From: Blasia pusilla
Lineage: Eukaryota
Reading direction: 5' to 3'
Assembly (NCBI GenBank): GCA_050084515.1
Contig: CM114271.1
Coordinates: 17,670,001-17,734,000, forward strand
Length of the DNA stretch: 64,000 nucleotides
Shown here: piece by piece, positions 40,473 to 52,600 of the stretch
Layout: every line of letters begins with the position of its first letter
Numbering within the stretch: the stretch's first letter is position 1
Program-made: the position numbers and the translations under genes
The notes under the pieces: generated by a model
Databases searched by the model: none
Seen by the model: the letters and a program-made list of their open reading frames with translations, nothing else
Told to the model about the DNA's origin: nothing

Positions 40473-42024
40473 CTAACGTGGCACCATCTCCTCATCAACC
40501 TCGCCATGCCATCTAGCCCGAGTTGCATCCTCTTGGCTAGTACATGGGTTCCTACTCAACCCATCAGCATCAAGGTTGGCAACTCCAGGTCTATGTACCG
40601 CTTGGAAATCATAATCCTGTAAGATAAGAGCCCACCGTGCAAGCTTCCCTATAAGCTTGTCAGACTCCATCAACCACTTGAGCGGTTGGTGATCAATAAC
40701 AAAGATAAATTGTGTGCCAAACAAGTAACACCTAAAGTGTGCCACAGCCCACACTATTGCCAAGCACTCTCCCTTATATGAACTATAGCGCGACTCCGGT
40801 GCATTATTTGAACGACTTGCATAGGCCACCACAAACTCCATGTACTCATCATCATGTTGTGTCAACACCGCTCCAAGTCCCAACCTACTCCAATCAATGT
40901 GTAACTGAAATGGGCGCCCTCTAATAGGTCTCCTCAAGATAGGCGCCGACACCAGCTGGGCCTTAAGCTCCACAAAAGCTCTCTCCTGATCATCTCCCCA
41001 GTGCCACTCTTGATCTGATTTCAGCAATTGGTTCAAAGTCTTTGCCAGAGCACTAAATCCCTTCAGATACCTCCGACAGTAGTTCGCCAATCCCATGAAT
41101 GCCCGAACTCTACTCACATCTATCGGACACGGAATAAGTGCAATATCCTCCACCTTTGTTTGCTGAACTCTCAAACCACCTAGATAGATCACATGACCCA
41201 AATACTCAACATCCTCATGGAAGAACTTACACTTTCCTGGATGCAAACGTAGACCATGAGCTTTCAACCGCTCAAACACCATCTGCAAATGTATCTGATG
41301 CTCCTCCACCGTGTTACTCAACACCAAGATATCATCAATGTAACACCGAACAAAACCCAACCCTGCTAGGATCCTGTCCATCACTCTCTGAAACTCGGCA
41401 GGTGCATTCTTCAACCCAAAGGGTAAGAATTTCCACTGGTACAAACAATCCTTGCCATGAGAGTTGACACCCCAAAATGCTTTATTGGCCTTGTCACTCT
41501 CACGAATCGGCAATTGATGGTATCCTGCATGAAGATCCAAAGTAGTGAAAATCTTTTCTTGTCCCACCACATCAAAGATCTCCTCAGGTGGAGGCATGGC
41601 ATACCTATCGGCCTTGGTTTGCCGATTGATAGGACGGTAATCTCCACACATCCGCCTATCCTGTATAGTTGCCATGCATATCCTTTTTAGCAGGCATGAC
41701 AATGGCTGATGCATACTCTCCATGTGACAACTCCACTAATTCAGCCTCCAAAAGGTCCAACGTCCTCCTCTGAATCAAGTCCCTCTCCATATCACTATAT
41801 CGGTAGGGACGACGGAAGATTGGCGTATCACTAGCCAAATCAATATGTATACCAGGTCCAACCAGAGCACCCAACTCCTTCATGCTAAAGGCAAAACAAC
41901 TCCTATAAGCACGTAGGAACTGTGTCAAGCATCGTTTCTCACCTCCCATAAGCTTGGACCTAAGTAATGGCTCCCAAGTCTCCTCCACTAGCACACTAGA
42001 GGGAGAGGACGATGCCATTGGCTG
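40473..42024 (-). pseudogene. Reverse transcriptase + RNase H of DNMT-gypsy copy 3 (one frameshift near 41660)
   Basis: ORFs 41656-42018 and 40473-41723 carry intact RT motifs LDLHAGYHQ, PFGLKNAPAEFQR and CYIDDILV. Confidence 0.93.
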
Positions 42025-42274
42025 CTATGCAACCCCCTCACAAGATGGTATACCCTTAGCTACACCATCATCTGAGCAAATAACTTTTCCACTCGCATGA
42101 GCAACCAACTCCACATGCCCAGCCATTACATCCTATTTACTCCAAGGATGCAAAATACTACTCTCCTCGCCCCTAGCCGATGCCTCTACCGTCTCGGTAG
42201 CCATCGAGCTCATTACAAGGGGTGGAAGACCCACAGACATAGTCCAAATTCGACGCTGCTCGGCCATACCAAGA

Positions 42275-43198
42275 ATCAAAATCCAAGTCAAACAATTCAG
42301 GTTCATGGCCGAACCCAACACATGACGTCATGAAGCCTCAGAAATGGAAGCAACCGCTGTCATACCAGTAGCAAATCCCATCGCACGCTCTCTCTCATCA
42401 GCGTTAGGCTCCACCAATTGTCGCACATGAGAATCCCATACAAGTCCGGGACCACCTTCCATGTAGGCATGTGACGAGGGAAAACTCAAAATGTGGGTAG
42501 TGCCATCCTTGGCTGGCCCACACGGTTCACCACTGCCATGGATGACCGATCAATAACCCTCACCACCAGAGAAAGTCGCCCAGTATCCAAGATACTATCC
42601 ACTGTAAGGCAAGGATTCCGCTGCATTGCATCATATGCTCGACGTAGAACCTCCCTAGGCAACAAGTTTGTCCACCACAAGCGTGGACGATGTGCACGCA
42701 AGCCAACTCGCGCTGCATCCAACAACACCGCTGGTCCAATCCAAGACCACACCTCATGAACACTTGCCATCATCCAGGTCCGAGTGTCACCCAAGAATGG
42801 AACATTCTCTAGAATGTAAGCTGGAGCACGTGCCTGATGAAGTTGAAGATGTCGTAACACCAGTAACATCTCCCAAAAAAATCAAGACCTAGGATCGTGT
42901 AATCTCTCACCACGATCTGCACGTGTATGACCCTGACATGGCCATCCAACAATCACCAAATCCACAGGACGAACCCTCAACAATGCAATGTGTGACGACA
43001 AAGCATGCTGGTACCCACGAATAGCTAATCGCGGCAATTGTCAAGATATCTCCGCATCAACAAATGAATATGTCGGGATGAGACTCTCTGGGCCATCTCA
43101 TCTTGCTCCACATACACGTATCTCCGCACAGGAATACCGGTCTGCAACATTGCAGCCAAACCAGTGCTAATCCCACCAAAGAGATCTAACACACAAAT
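42275..43198 (-). pseudogene. DNMT3-like cytosine-5 methyltransferase domain of retroelement copy 3
   Basis: ICVLDLFGGISTGLAAMLQTGIPVRRYVYVE; DLVIVGWPCQG (42947-42930); AYILENVP; RAHRPRLWWTNL; ERERAMGFATGMT; HVLGSAMNLNCLTWIL. Confidence 0.92.
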
Positions 43199-44388
43199 GC
43201 CCTCAAGAGGATACTGCCATACAATGGGTGTAGTATCCAAAGGGGATAACCCAACTCGACTAGAGGTAGGACTCCGCCGTGGGGCCTCCTCTTCCTCGTG
43301 AGGTATAATAGCCTCACACCAAGCCTCCTGCACTAGGCGATCAGCCTTCTGCCATAGTGCAGCGCCTTAACTCCAAAGTGGCACATCCGACAATGAGGAT
43401 GCCACTGCTGCAAAACTAGGGACCTCCTCTACCTCCTCATTGATAGGAGAATCCATAGCATAAACATTATCCTCCAAAAAGTCTCTTGGCCAAGTGACTA
43501 CTCCACTAAAACCAGCCACAGATGCTAACACTGTTGGGGAAGACCCTCCTGGTCGAGCCCCATTAATAAATCTCATAGGAACTTGGCTCATATGTCCATC
43601 CCCGGACTACCAACCAGGTCTATAAGACGCTGTCTCAGTCCAGTAATCCATCTGAAAACCCATCGAGTACAATACTGCTCCTCCAACTAGTACATCATAC
43701 GACTCGGCTAATCTAACTACTGCAGGTACTCCCAACCGGGAGCTATCAATCGCATGATCGGATCTCAATTGTATAGAAAACTTCTCCCGTGTCATGAATT
43801 GAGACCTATCATTGGCTTCTCCAAGTGAGGTTTGAATCTAGAATGGGCAAGGCTCAAGCTTTGACCTCCGAATACCCAAACCAATACATGCCGCCTTTCC
43901 TGGGCACCAAAGTCTAACAAGACTCTATCTGGTCTATACACTTGTCCTATAGGACTCACCAATCGGAATATCCCACTCCGATTGTCCAACATACATATAC
44001 TAGGTGTAAGCCTCTCACAATCAATGGCTAGCCGGGCTGGTAATGCATCCATCTTCACCGATGCTGCTTACCAAGTAGCAATGGTACTAAATGCTACACC
44101 TGACATAGAGGGCCGCTCCACTGCAACACCCTCATCCACCTCAGCACGTGTAGCAGTAATACCCCCACCTTCAGACAACGTGACTGCTAGCTGAAATACA
44201 GGAGCTAAGTCAACTCCTAAAGCCATAAGTTCCATGGCCGAAAACAATGGGTATCCCAACACCGAAGTTGCCATCTGCAATAGTGCATGGGATGGTGCAT
44301 CCGTGTCTACTACACGCGATGTAGATGCCTCAATCCCCACTATCGGCTCAATAGGCTGCGTAGGAACCATGGATGGAGTCCTAAGCAC

Positions 44389-44668
44389 CTCAGACAACAA
44401 GAATGACTGGGGAAGCCTAGTCTGCCTCCCAGCCCCATCCCTCTGTGGGTCCAACTCCAAAGTATCACCACGTGGCTCTGACGCTCGAGTGGCTCCTCTC
44501 GTAACTGTTGCTGATGCCTCAACATGTGCTCAGACAACAAGAATGACTCGGGAAGCCTAGCCTGCCTCCCAGCCTCACCCCTCTGTGGGTACAACTCCAA
44601 AGTAGCACCACGTGGCTCTGGCGCTCGAGTGGCTCCTCTCGTGACTACTACTGATGCCTCGACCTGTG
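44389..44668. repeat. 140-bp imperfect tandem duplication in the gag-protease linker of copy 3
   Basis: ctcagacaacaagaatgact...gatgcctc(a/g)ac(a/c)tgtg begins at both 44389 and 44529. Confidence 0.9.
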
Positions 44669-44696
44669 ATGCACTCGCCATATAAGAGAGATCATC

Positions 44697-46212
44697 CTAT
44701 CCATAAGAGGCGGAAGCCCCTGCTCCCGAACCTGATCTATGTTGGATACCAGCCATAGTAGCCAACTTTTGCTCCAACTGCTCAATCCTGGAAACCATAG
44801 CTGACTCTGTTGTAGTGGTAGGGGTGGCCACCGTAGGCTCTCCAACCACTGGTCTACCTCTACCACCCCAACCACCTCTATCACCTCGGCCTCTCCGAGC
44901 TACTCCACCACGGCCGTGGCTTGATCTCAACTCTGGATGGAGATCAAAGCAACGCTCTCGAGGATGACCTGGTCTCCCGTAATGATCACACTAAGTTGGG
45001 GCCGATTGAGGCCCATCCTCCAAAGTCCATCTCCCATACTCTTGGGGACAAAAATTCCTAACATGATCACCTCCACATGTCCAACATGACTGTCCTTGCT
45101 GCGGGGAAGCAAATGAAGGCAATGGTCTCTGCGCAAGTGTCCCTCTAGGACCTGACTGAGGTCGTGTGTACCCCCCACTACTCCCACTACTACTACCACC
45201 ACCACTACTACTGGCGTGAGGTGGGCTGCTGAACATGAGAAGTAGTAGTTGTATCCCTACTGAATGCGGATGTCACCACTCTCTCCTTCACCATGTTAAG
45301 CTCAATCTTCTCAGATAGAGCAAACACATGGGTCAATGTGGGTGAATCATCACTCGTAAGAGTAACATCACATACCCTTCGGCGCAACTCTCTATCCAAG
45401 ATCCCATACTAAAACAGGACTGCCTAAGCCTTAGTCACACCCTGGGTAACAGAAATCAAGCGTCCCATACAAGTGTATGCCTCACAAAGACTCTCACCAG
45501 TCTTTCGATCAAATTCCTGAAGACTCCTCAACTTCTCTATCTTCACTCCCTGATAGTTCTTCTTCAACCTCTTGAAGAACTCTGCAACCGGGCTAAACGA
45601 TGGTGGGGCACTAGTACCTCCACAAGTACCCCCATTGGTACCTCCATGGGTACCTCCACTGGTACCCCCACTCCGGCTCATACTCGTACCACTCAACGTC
45701 GGGCTGGCTGGCATAGTAGGAGCACTACTACCAATACCACCATGGGTGATAGACACATAGCCAGGAGACCAATATTGTCTCCACACCTCAATCTCACCAA
45801 CATGGTCCTTCCTAAACTCATGGTAATCATCCATGGGTGGTCCCTCCAAGTGCTAAAACAACCCCTTCGAAGCCAAGAAGGGTGTAAACAACGTGGCCTT
45901 CCACAACATTTGCATATCACACCACGTATCAAACTCATGCATGAAGTCCTCCAACTCAATGGTGCCCACTGCACCCAAGTATTGTTGTGGGTCCTTCATG
46001 GCCCCAGATATTCCGTCCATGTCCCAAATCAATGGAGTTGCAACACTCGATAACAACGTAGAAGACTCGGTGTTTGGAACACCCTCGTCCTCCTCTTCAT
46101 CAACCCTCGGAAGTGGAAAAGGTAGCCGATACGTCAATCCACTCCGTGTAAAACCACCACTGTCCGCACCACGGTCCCCAACCACACCAACAAACAGCTC
46201 CGTGATGACCAA
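44697..46212 (-). pseudogene. Gag with zinc knuckles (DNMT-gypsy copy 3)
   Basis: IELEDFMHEFDTWCD...LEGPPMDDYHEF...EKLRSLQEFDRKTGESL; CWTCGGDHVRNFC. Confidence 0.8.
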
Positions 46213-46892
46213 CGCCGATGCCGCACCACCACCAAATTACCACCACTAAGTAACCAAGTGACGTAAATGTCGCTGTACTATTCTAGCTCTACTAGCTATG
46301 GGTGTAGGCAACCTAATATTTCATCACCACAAGAATCCTCCCACGGTCTACTGGTCATCGCTCCAGCCTCACTACGGGTAGCACACATGAGTAACACTAC
46401 TCTGGAAATCAGCGTCAACCCTAACAATGGGCGCGCAAGCAAGAAGCAACGATGGAGGGGATCCAAACACATGACGTCCAACGACAACCCTCCAGTCGCA
46501 AATGGAAATCAAGGTAACAAAATCCACCAAACGTGGCACCCCCTGAATCCGGAGAACCCACCACACAATTCTAACGCAATAGCTACTCCGCCGTGGGTCG
46601 ATGACGTGCTAGTCGGACTCACATCACATGAAAATATCACTTGCATGGAGAGGCTACATCGTACTTTGCGCTAGAGGTCCATCAACCAAATACCTGAGAT
46701 GCATAAAGCGCATGATACCTCTCCGAACAGCAATAAATGAGCTACATCAGTGTCTACACTGGCATAATTAAGAACTCAACAGTTAAGCGTCTTCCTGGAA
46801 GAATAGCCCAAAGATGGGTGACCCGTTATGCAACACTCAAATCACAAATCTTGCAAAAATTGCCTCACACCCAAGCAAGCAAGTTTGCTTAT

Positions 46893-46920
46893 TTGCTCCT
46901 TGCTCCTTGCTCCTTGCTCC
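46893..46920 (+). repeat. (TTGCTCC)4 tandem repeat in the leader of copy 3
   Basis: Read directly. Confidence 0.85.
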
Positions 46921-49218
46921 TAACTCCGCCTCTCACGCCCACTCGCCGAGACATGCCTCTATCGCCCCATTCGCCACGCTTCGCCATGCTTCGCTATGGA
47001 GAGAGGCCCAACCAAGGCGGTTTCAACAGGATAGGCGTCTCCAACAATAAATGAGTCACCAACCAACTAGCCCCTCCGATCCGCTATCCACCATAGCCAG
47101 ACCTTGAGGTAGTCCGCAAAATTTTGATCAGCAATTACTCCACAAATCCTCAACACGAATTAAATTGACCACCATAGCTATCTCTCAACAAAAAAATCAG
47201 GTACAACCGAGCTTTGTGCTCCGAGCTAAAAATCAAACAAACTTGTTGTCCATACACCTCCAGAATTCCAAATGCACGCAGAAATCCGCAACGCTCCATA
47301 CACTCTAGCTGAAAGCTTCACATGAGATCACAATACAAGTAGCAATAGGAACCTCTCACCCGATCTGGATGAACTTCAACAGAGCTTCCGCACTCCAAGC
47401 TCTCCACATCAGAAAACCGTCGAACACGAACCAGAATCTTCAATCCTTGATAACTTCCAACTCCCTTGATGAAATCCGGCGATCTAAAGCACGTTGGAAA
47501 GCTCTTAGCAAGGTGCTTCTTTTCCATTCAACTATGCACCATATTCTTACCTCCAACATAGGCCACAAGCCATGATCATCCACGGTTGAGTACACAATCA
47601 GCCCTAACCAAATCCTACTGATCCACAATCGAAGCTCCCATCGATCTACGTGAATTCTTTGAGTGAAATCCGTGAAAGACCTACTTTCATAAAACACGTA
47701 TAGAATCACATACAATCGAGCCAAACCCACTCCACGATGGGAGAATCTAGGTCGAAGCTTGCGGGAAACACCATAGCCAAGAGCTCTACTCACTACGAAG
47801 GCTAACTCCCAACGCAACACGCTCAACTCAAAGAACTGACTATTCTTTGATGCACTCCACACTATATCCTCCAACCTAAGAGCGGGCCCTAGTGGGAAAG
47901 TTACCCCCAACTGAGAAACCCCCAACCCTATATATGAAACCGCATCTCTACCTAGCCATTACCGTATGGCCTCTACTAGCACACTATACTCTACGACAAA
48001 ATCCGTATGGTCATGACACCAATTTGAGAGAATATGATTCTTCTTTCACTCGATTATACATCTAGTCAAGGTGTTGCATATTGAAGTGTGTGAGAGAGTG
48101 AGAGAGGAAGAGTGAGTGGATTGGAATTGAAAAGGATAAATCCTAGATTGAATCATTTTCATGATAAATCAGGCTTTCAAAAGCTAAGAGTGATCCTTTT
48201 TGGAGAATGAATTCCATATTTAACCATTCAAAAAGTGAAATTAGTAGTCCTAAAGACGTTACAAAGCACAATATGATGCCCCACTTATAGAGTTTTGAAG
48301 GTGATAGAGTCGTAACTCACTTATTGTATATTCTGAAGTTTGAGGTATTGGTATCTACCTTATCCATCTTCTTCGCTCACAAGGTTTCTTTGTTGTGATG
48401 TTCAACTAAAAATTGGTTAAATAAATCTATTTACTATTTAACAATTTTCTCAATTTGTGTTGTGGTCCTACTACTTCACAACGTATATCTTCAAGAAAAT
48501 ATACAAATTAGAGCGTATTCTATCAAGTATATGTAAACAAAATCTAATTTTATGTGAATATGATCTCACAAGTAATGTTTTACTTCCAAATTATAAAACC
48601 TTTTAAGACTATTACAAAAAAAGGGCTTGAGATTATGTGTTTTCTTATCATAATTAAAAATATTTTCTAGTGGTTAATGCAAATACAATAATATAGTAAA
48701 TACAATTTATAATAAATCTAGAAGCACATGAAATAGTTTCCAATATTCATCTGAATCACTTGTCTTCTCAACGTACAATTCTATCCAAAGTGTGAATCGA
48801 CAAAACATGTCCTAAATCCTTTTATAACTAATGTGGAATAAGATATGCTTATTATTTTTGATAGATTTATTCTATAATCTTGAAAATAAGTTTTAGATTA
48901 ACAACATAATTTATAAATATAAAAAACCTAAAATGAGATATATTCTATCTAAACATCTAATGAATATATCATGGATGGATATAGCAGCGAAAGATATTAT
49001 TTTCATATGAGTGGATGCAAGCATATCACAAGTGTGCTATACTAACTCCAAACTATATGGATATCATCTCACTAACCACGTGTAAATTGTTTGTTTATAA
49101 GTCCTACTTAGGGATGCATTTACGACAACATGTAATTTTGTATTTGGAATATTATTTCAGTTATAGATTCATCTTGCTTTCACACTTGTATTGTTATACA
49201 TAAGTTCTCTATAGATGG

Positions 49219-49621
49219 ATTTTCAACATCCACTTCTCTGAACACCATTAATCTGATCGACCCCTTGTATGAGGAGAACCCTAGATCGATGGTTTCCACT
49301 TAGACGTCGGAGGAGTCATAGTAATATGACCTATGTGGTTTTAGGAGTAGCGTTACTATGATTATCTAATCATATATAGATAATATAGTGTTAGGGTGCA
49401 AATTTTCCCATTAATAGAAACGAAGAAAAATAGATAAAAAACCATAGTTTGGTGAGAAGTGAAATAGTTAGGCCCCTGCGGTAGCGCGTTCTCGTATGTC
49501 GAGTTATCCCTATGCTCGAGTTCCATCGAAGCTCTTCTATGAGCGCACAGACGGACTATGCCACTTTGTATCTTTAATTTTTGTAATGATTTCAGTGATT
49601 TCGCCACTTTCTGTTTTCTCA
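49219..49621 (+). repeat. Copia 5' LTR (start uncertain by a few bp)
   Basis: aacatccactt...ttttctca, repeated at 57348-57770. Confidence 0.85.
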
Positions 49622-52600
49622 TATGGTATGAAAGTTGTTGGTTTTCTAGTATTTTGTATCTGGTGATCTAGCGTGTTTGCACAAAATCTTGAGGGATGGC
49701 TACTTCTTTGTCAGTCCGTGCTTGCCCTCATCCGTTGGATGAAGGGAAGTTATATGGATCTAAGTATACATTTTGGAAGTTCAAAATGAGAGGTATCCTC
49801 GAATCATTTGAGATATAGGAGACGCCGAAATGGGTCGATTCGAATCCACAAGCTACTTTGAGTTCTGCATGTTCATCTCATCTGGTGATATCAATCCTGT
49901 TGTATTGTTGGCATGGAAACGCAAAAATGCTGATGCTCTATATGCAATTGTCACGAATGTAACTGATTTTGTCATGACTCTTATTCAACATACGACCACC
50001 GCTAATGAGGCGTGGAATATTCTAAATAATCACTGTGAAACCAAGAATGAGACTCAATTTCATAATATGAAGAATTTGCTTACTCTAGGAAATTTTCATA
50101 AGGAGAAAGCCCGAAGCAGTTTTTTACAAGGATCAAGAACCTTCAAGATCATATTGCGTCCGTAGGAATTTCAAAGTCTAGGGAAGATTTGGCGTGTCGG
50201 TGCATAAGGATTTTGCCTCCAAGGTATGATAGTTTGGTCACTGCATTTAATACTCAAGTAAAACTTACGCCGCTTACTTTTGAACAATTTAGTGCAATAT
50301 TGGTAGAAGAGGAAATCTGCTTCAAAGCAAGAGAGAGAAGTGATGCAGCATTTACTACCAACGTACAAAGAGGTAGAAATCAAGATTACAGTTCCAATAT
50401 CAAGAAGAAATTTCCAAGGAAAGCCTTCAAATTCTTTTATTGTCATAAGCTAGGTTATCTTAAAAGAGATTGTAGAAAGAGGAGTCAGGATGAGAAAAAC
50501 GATGGTTTAAGACCTAAGAGGGAGTCTGGAAATTTTGTAGAACTAGGAGAACATGAAGTAATTGCTTGGGTGGAAATCGAAGAGTTTAGGGTTCATTCCA
50601 CTAAGTCAAAAGGTGAAGATGCATGGGTGCTCAATAGTGGATCATCTAGCCATATAACCAATCATAAGGATTGATATACCTCCTTACATCCTCTACGGGA
50701 GCCCATCGTTGTTATTGTTGGGAATAATTCAAAGTGCCCTTTATAAGGGAATGGCATAATTTCTTTAGTCTCACAAAAATGAGATGAAAAGAAGTTAACT
50801 GATATATTGTACGTACAAAAGTTAAAGCGGAATTTGATTATAGTAGTAGTATTATGTGATTGTGAACTAGAAGTTTGTTTCAAGAAAATAAGAGCAGTCA
50901 TTGAGGATACCAATGGGAAAGTAGTGGGTGAAGATATACGACGTGGAAATATCTAAATTTTGTATGCTTTCACAACAAGTGTAGGTACGGATCTTAGTAG
51001 CAGTAAGTTGAGGCATGAAAGATTTGATCACCTAAGCTTTCCCTTATTAAGTCAAATGCAAAAATTTGACATGGTTGTTGATTTACCAACAATTTTTGGA
51101 GTGTCGGATACATGTAAAGCTTGTATGAAGGGCAACCAACACCGTCAACCATTTCAACAAGAGTCCAGCAATGGGGCAAAGGTTCCTCTAGAGCTGATTC
51201 ATGCTCACCTTTGTGGTAAAATTAGAACAATCGCACTAGGTGGTTCTTCATACTCTTTTTAGTTGTTGACGATTATAGTATGAAGATATGGATGTATTTC
51301 CTTCGTGATAAGGGAAGTAGTTTTGAAAAATTTAAAGTATGCCAGAAGAAGGTTCAGAATGAGACAGGAAAGAAGGTACAGAAGCTTCGCACCGATCAAG
51401 GAGGAGAATTCTCATCAAGAGAATTCAACAAATATTTGGGGGAGCATGGAATCAAGCGAGAGTTAACCATGATACATACAAAATGGAGTTATTCAGCGTC
51501 AAAACCGTACAATGGTGGAGATGGCAAGATGTATGATGAAAGCAAAATATTTGACAAAGGATTTTGGGCTGAAGTTGTTAATACTCCCGTTTACATTCTA
51601 AATAGAAGTGCTACCAAGTTAGTGCAAGGCATGACTCCTCATCAATCATATTCATGTAAGGTACTATAAGTCCAACATTTCATGACTTTTGGTAGTGAGT
51701 GCTTTGTACATATTCCTTAAGCATCCAAGACCAAGCCCAAGTCCAAGAGTAGGAAATGCATCTTTATAGGATATAGTGATGAGTCTAAAGCTTATCGCCT
51801 ATGGTCTCTTGAGGCAAAGAAGATGCTTGTGAGTCGTGATGTAGTGATCAAGGAACAACCTCATCAAGTGGCGGATATCAATGGTCCGTCCACATTATTA
51901 TCAAACGAATAGATAACCCACCGGAGCACACCACCAATATTTACACCAAGAAGAAGAATTTGGTGGTGATTACAAATAGCAGCTTGCTCTTTCACTACGG
52001 TCATCATACCCTAAGTGGATACATCACCTCTTGGATGATAAGGATCCACAAGCAACTCATGAAGTTGTTACATATGCAAGGAGATCCAAGAGACTAGAGG
52101 AGTAGAATAGTGCTTCCACACATCTCATCAACATGGCCTTCATAAGAGACGTGTTGAAGGTCGAAGAGCCATCATGCTTGGATGAGACCCTTGCTCGTCC
52201 TCAATGGAGAGAGGCCATGTAGATGGAGATGGACGATATTAAGAGAAATGAAACTTGAATTTTGGTTGAGAAGAAAAATCTTAGGAAGATAATACGCACA
52301 AAGTCGGTGTACAAGACCAATTACAAGTCGGATGCTACATTGGATAAATTCAAAGCGAGGTTGGTTGCACAAGGATGTTCACAAATCAAAGTTTTTTACT
52401 ACTATGAGACTTTTGCTCCTACTGCAAGGACGACAACGATTCAAATTGTTCTAGCGGTGGCAGAAACAAGACGTTGGCTTGTATACCAATACAATGTGAA
52501 GTCTGCCTTTCTGAATTGGAGTCTCAAGGAGGAGGTGTATGTATCTCAACCACCAAGTTTTGAGATGATTAGATTAGAAGAGAAAGTATGCCTACTTCAT

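Larger units (their letters stand above)
40308..48018 (-). mobile_element. DNMT-carrying Ty3/gypsy retrotransposon, copy 3 (diverged subfamily): LTR/leader, gag, protease, C5-methyltransferase, RT, RNase H; truncated before integrase
   Basis: The minus strand starts TGTCATGACC at 48018. Gag knuckles CWTCGGDHVRNFC; protease RVLLDFGA...YDVLVGG; DNMT motifs; RT/RH ORF 40473-41723 (RMCGDYRPIN, YIDD, LHIDWSRLGLGAVL). Confidence 0.9.
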
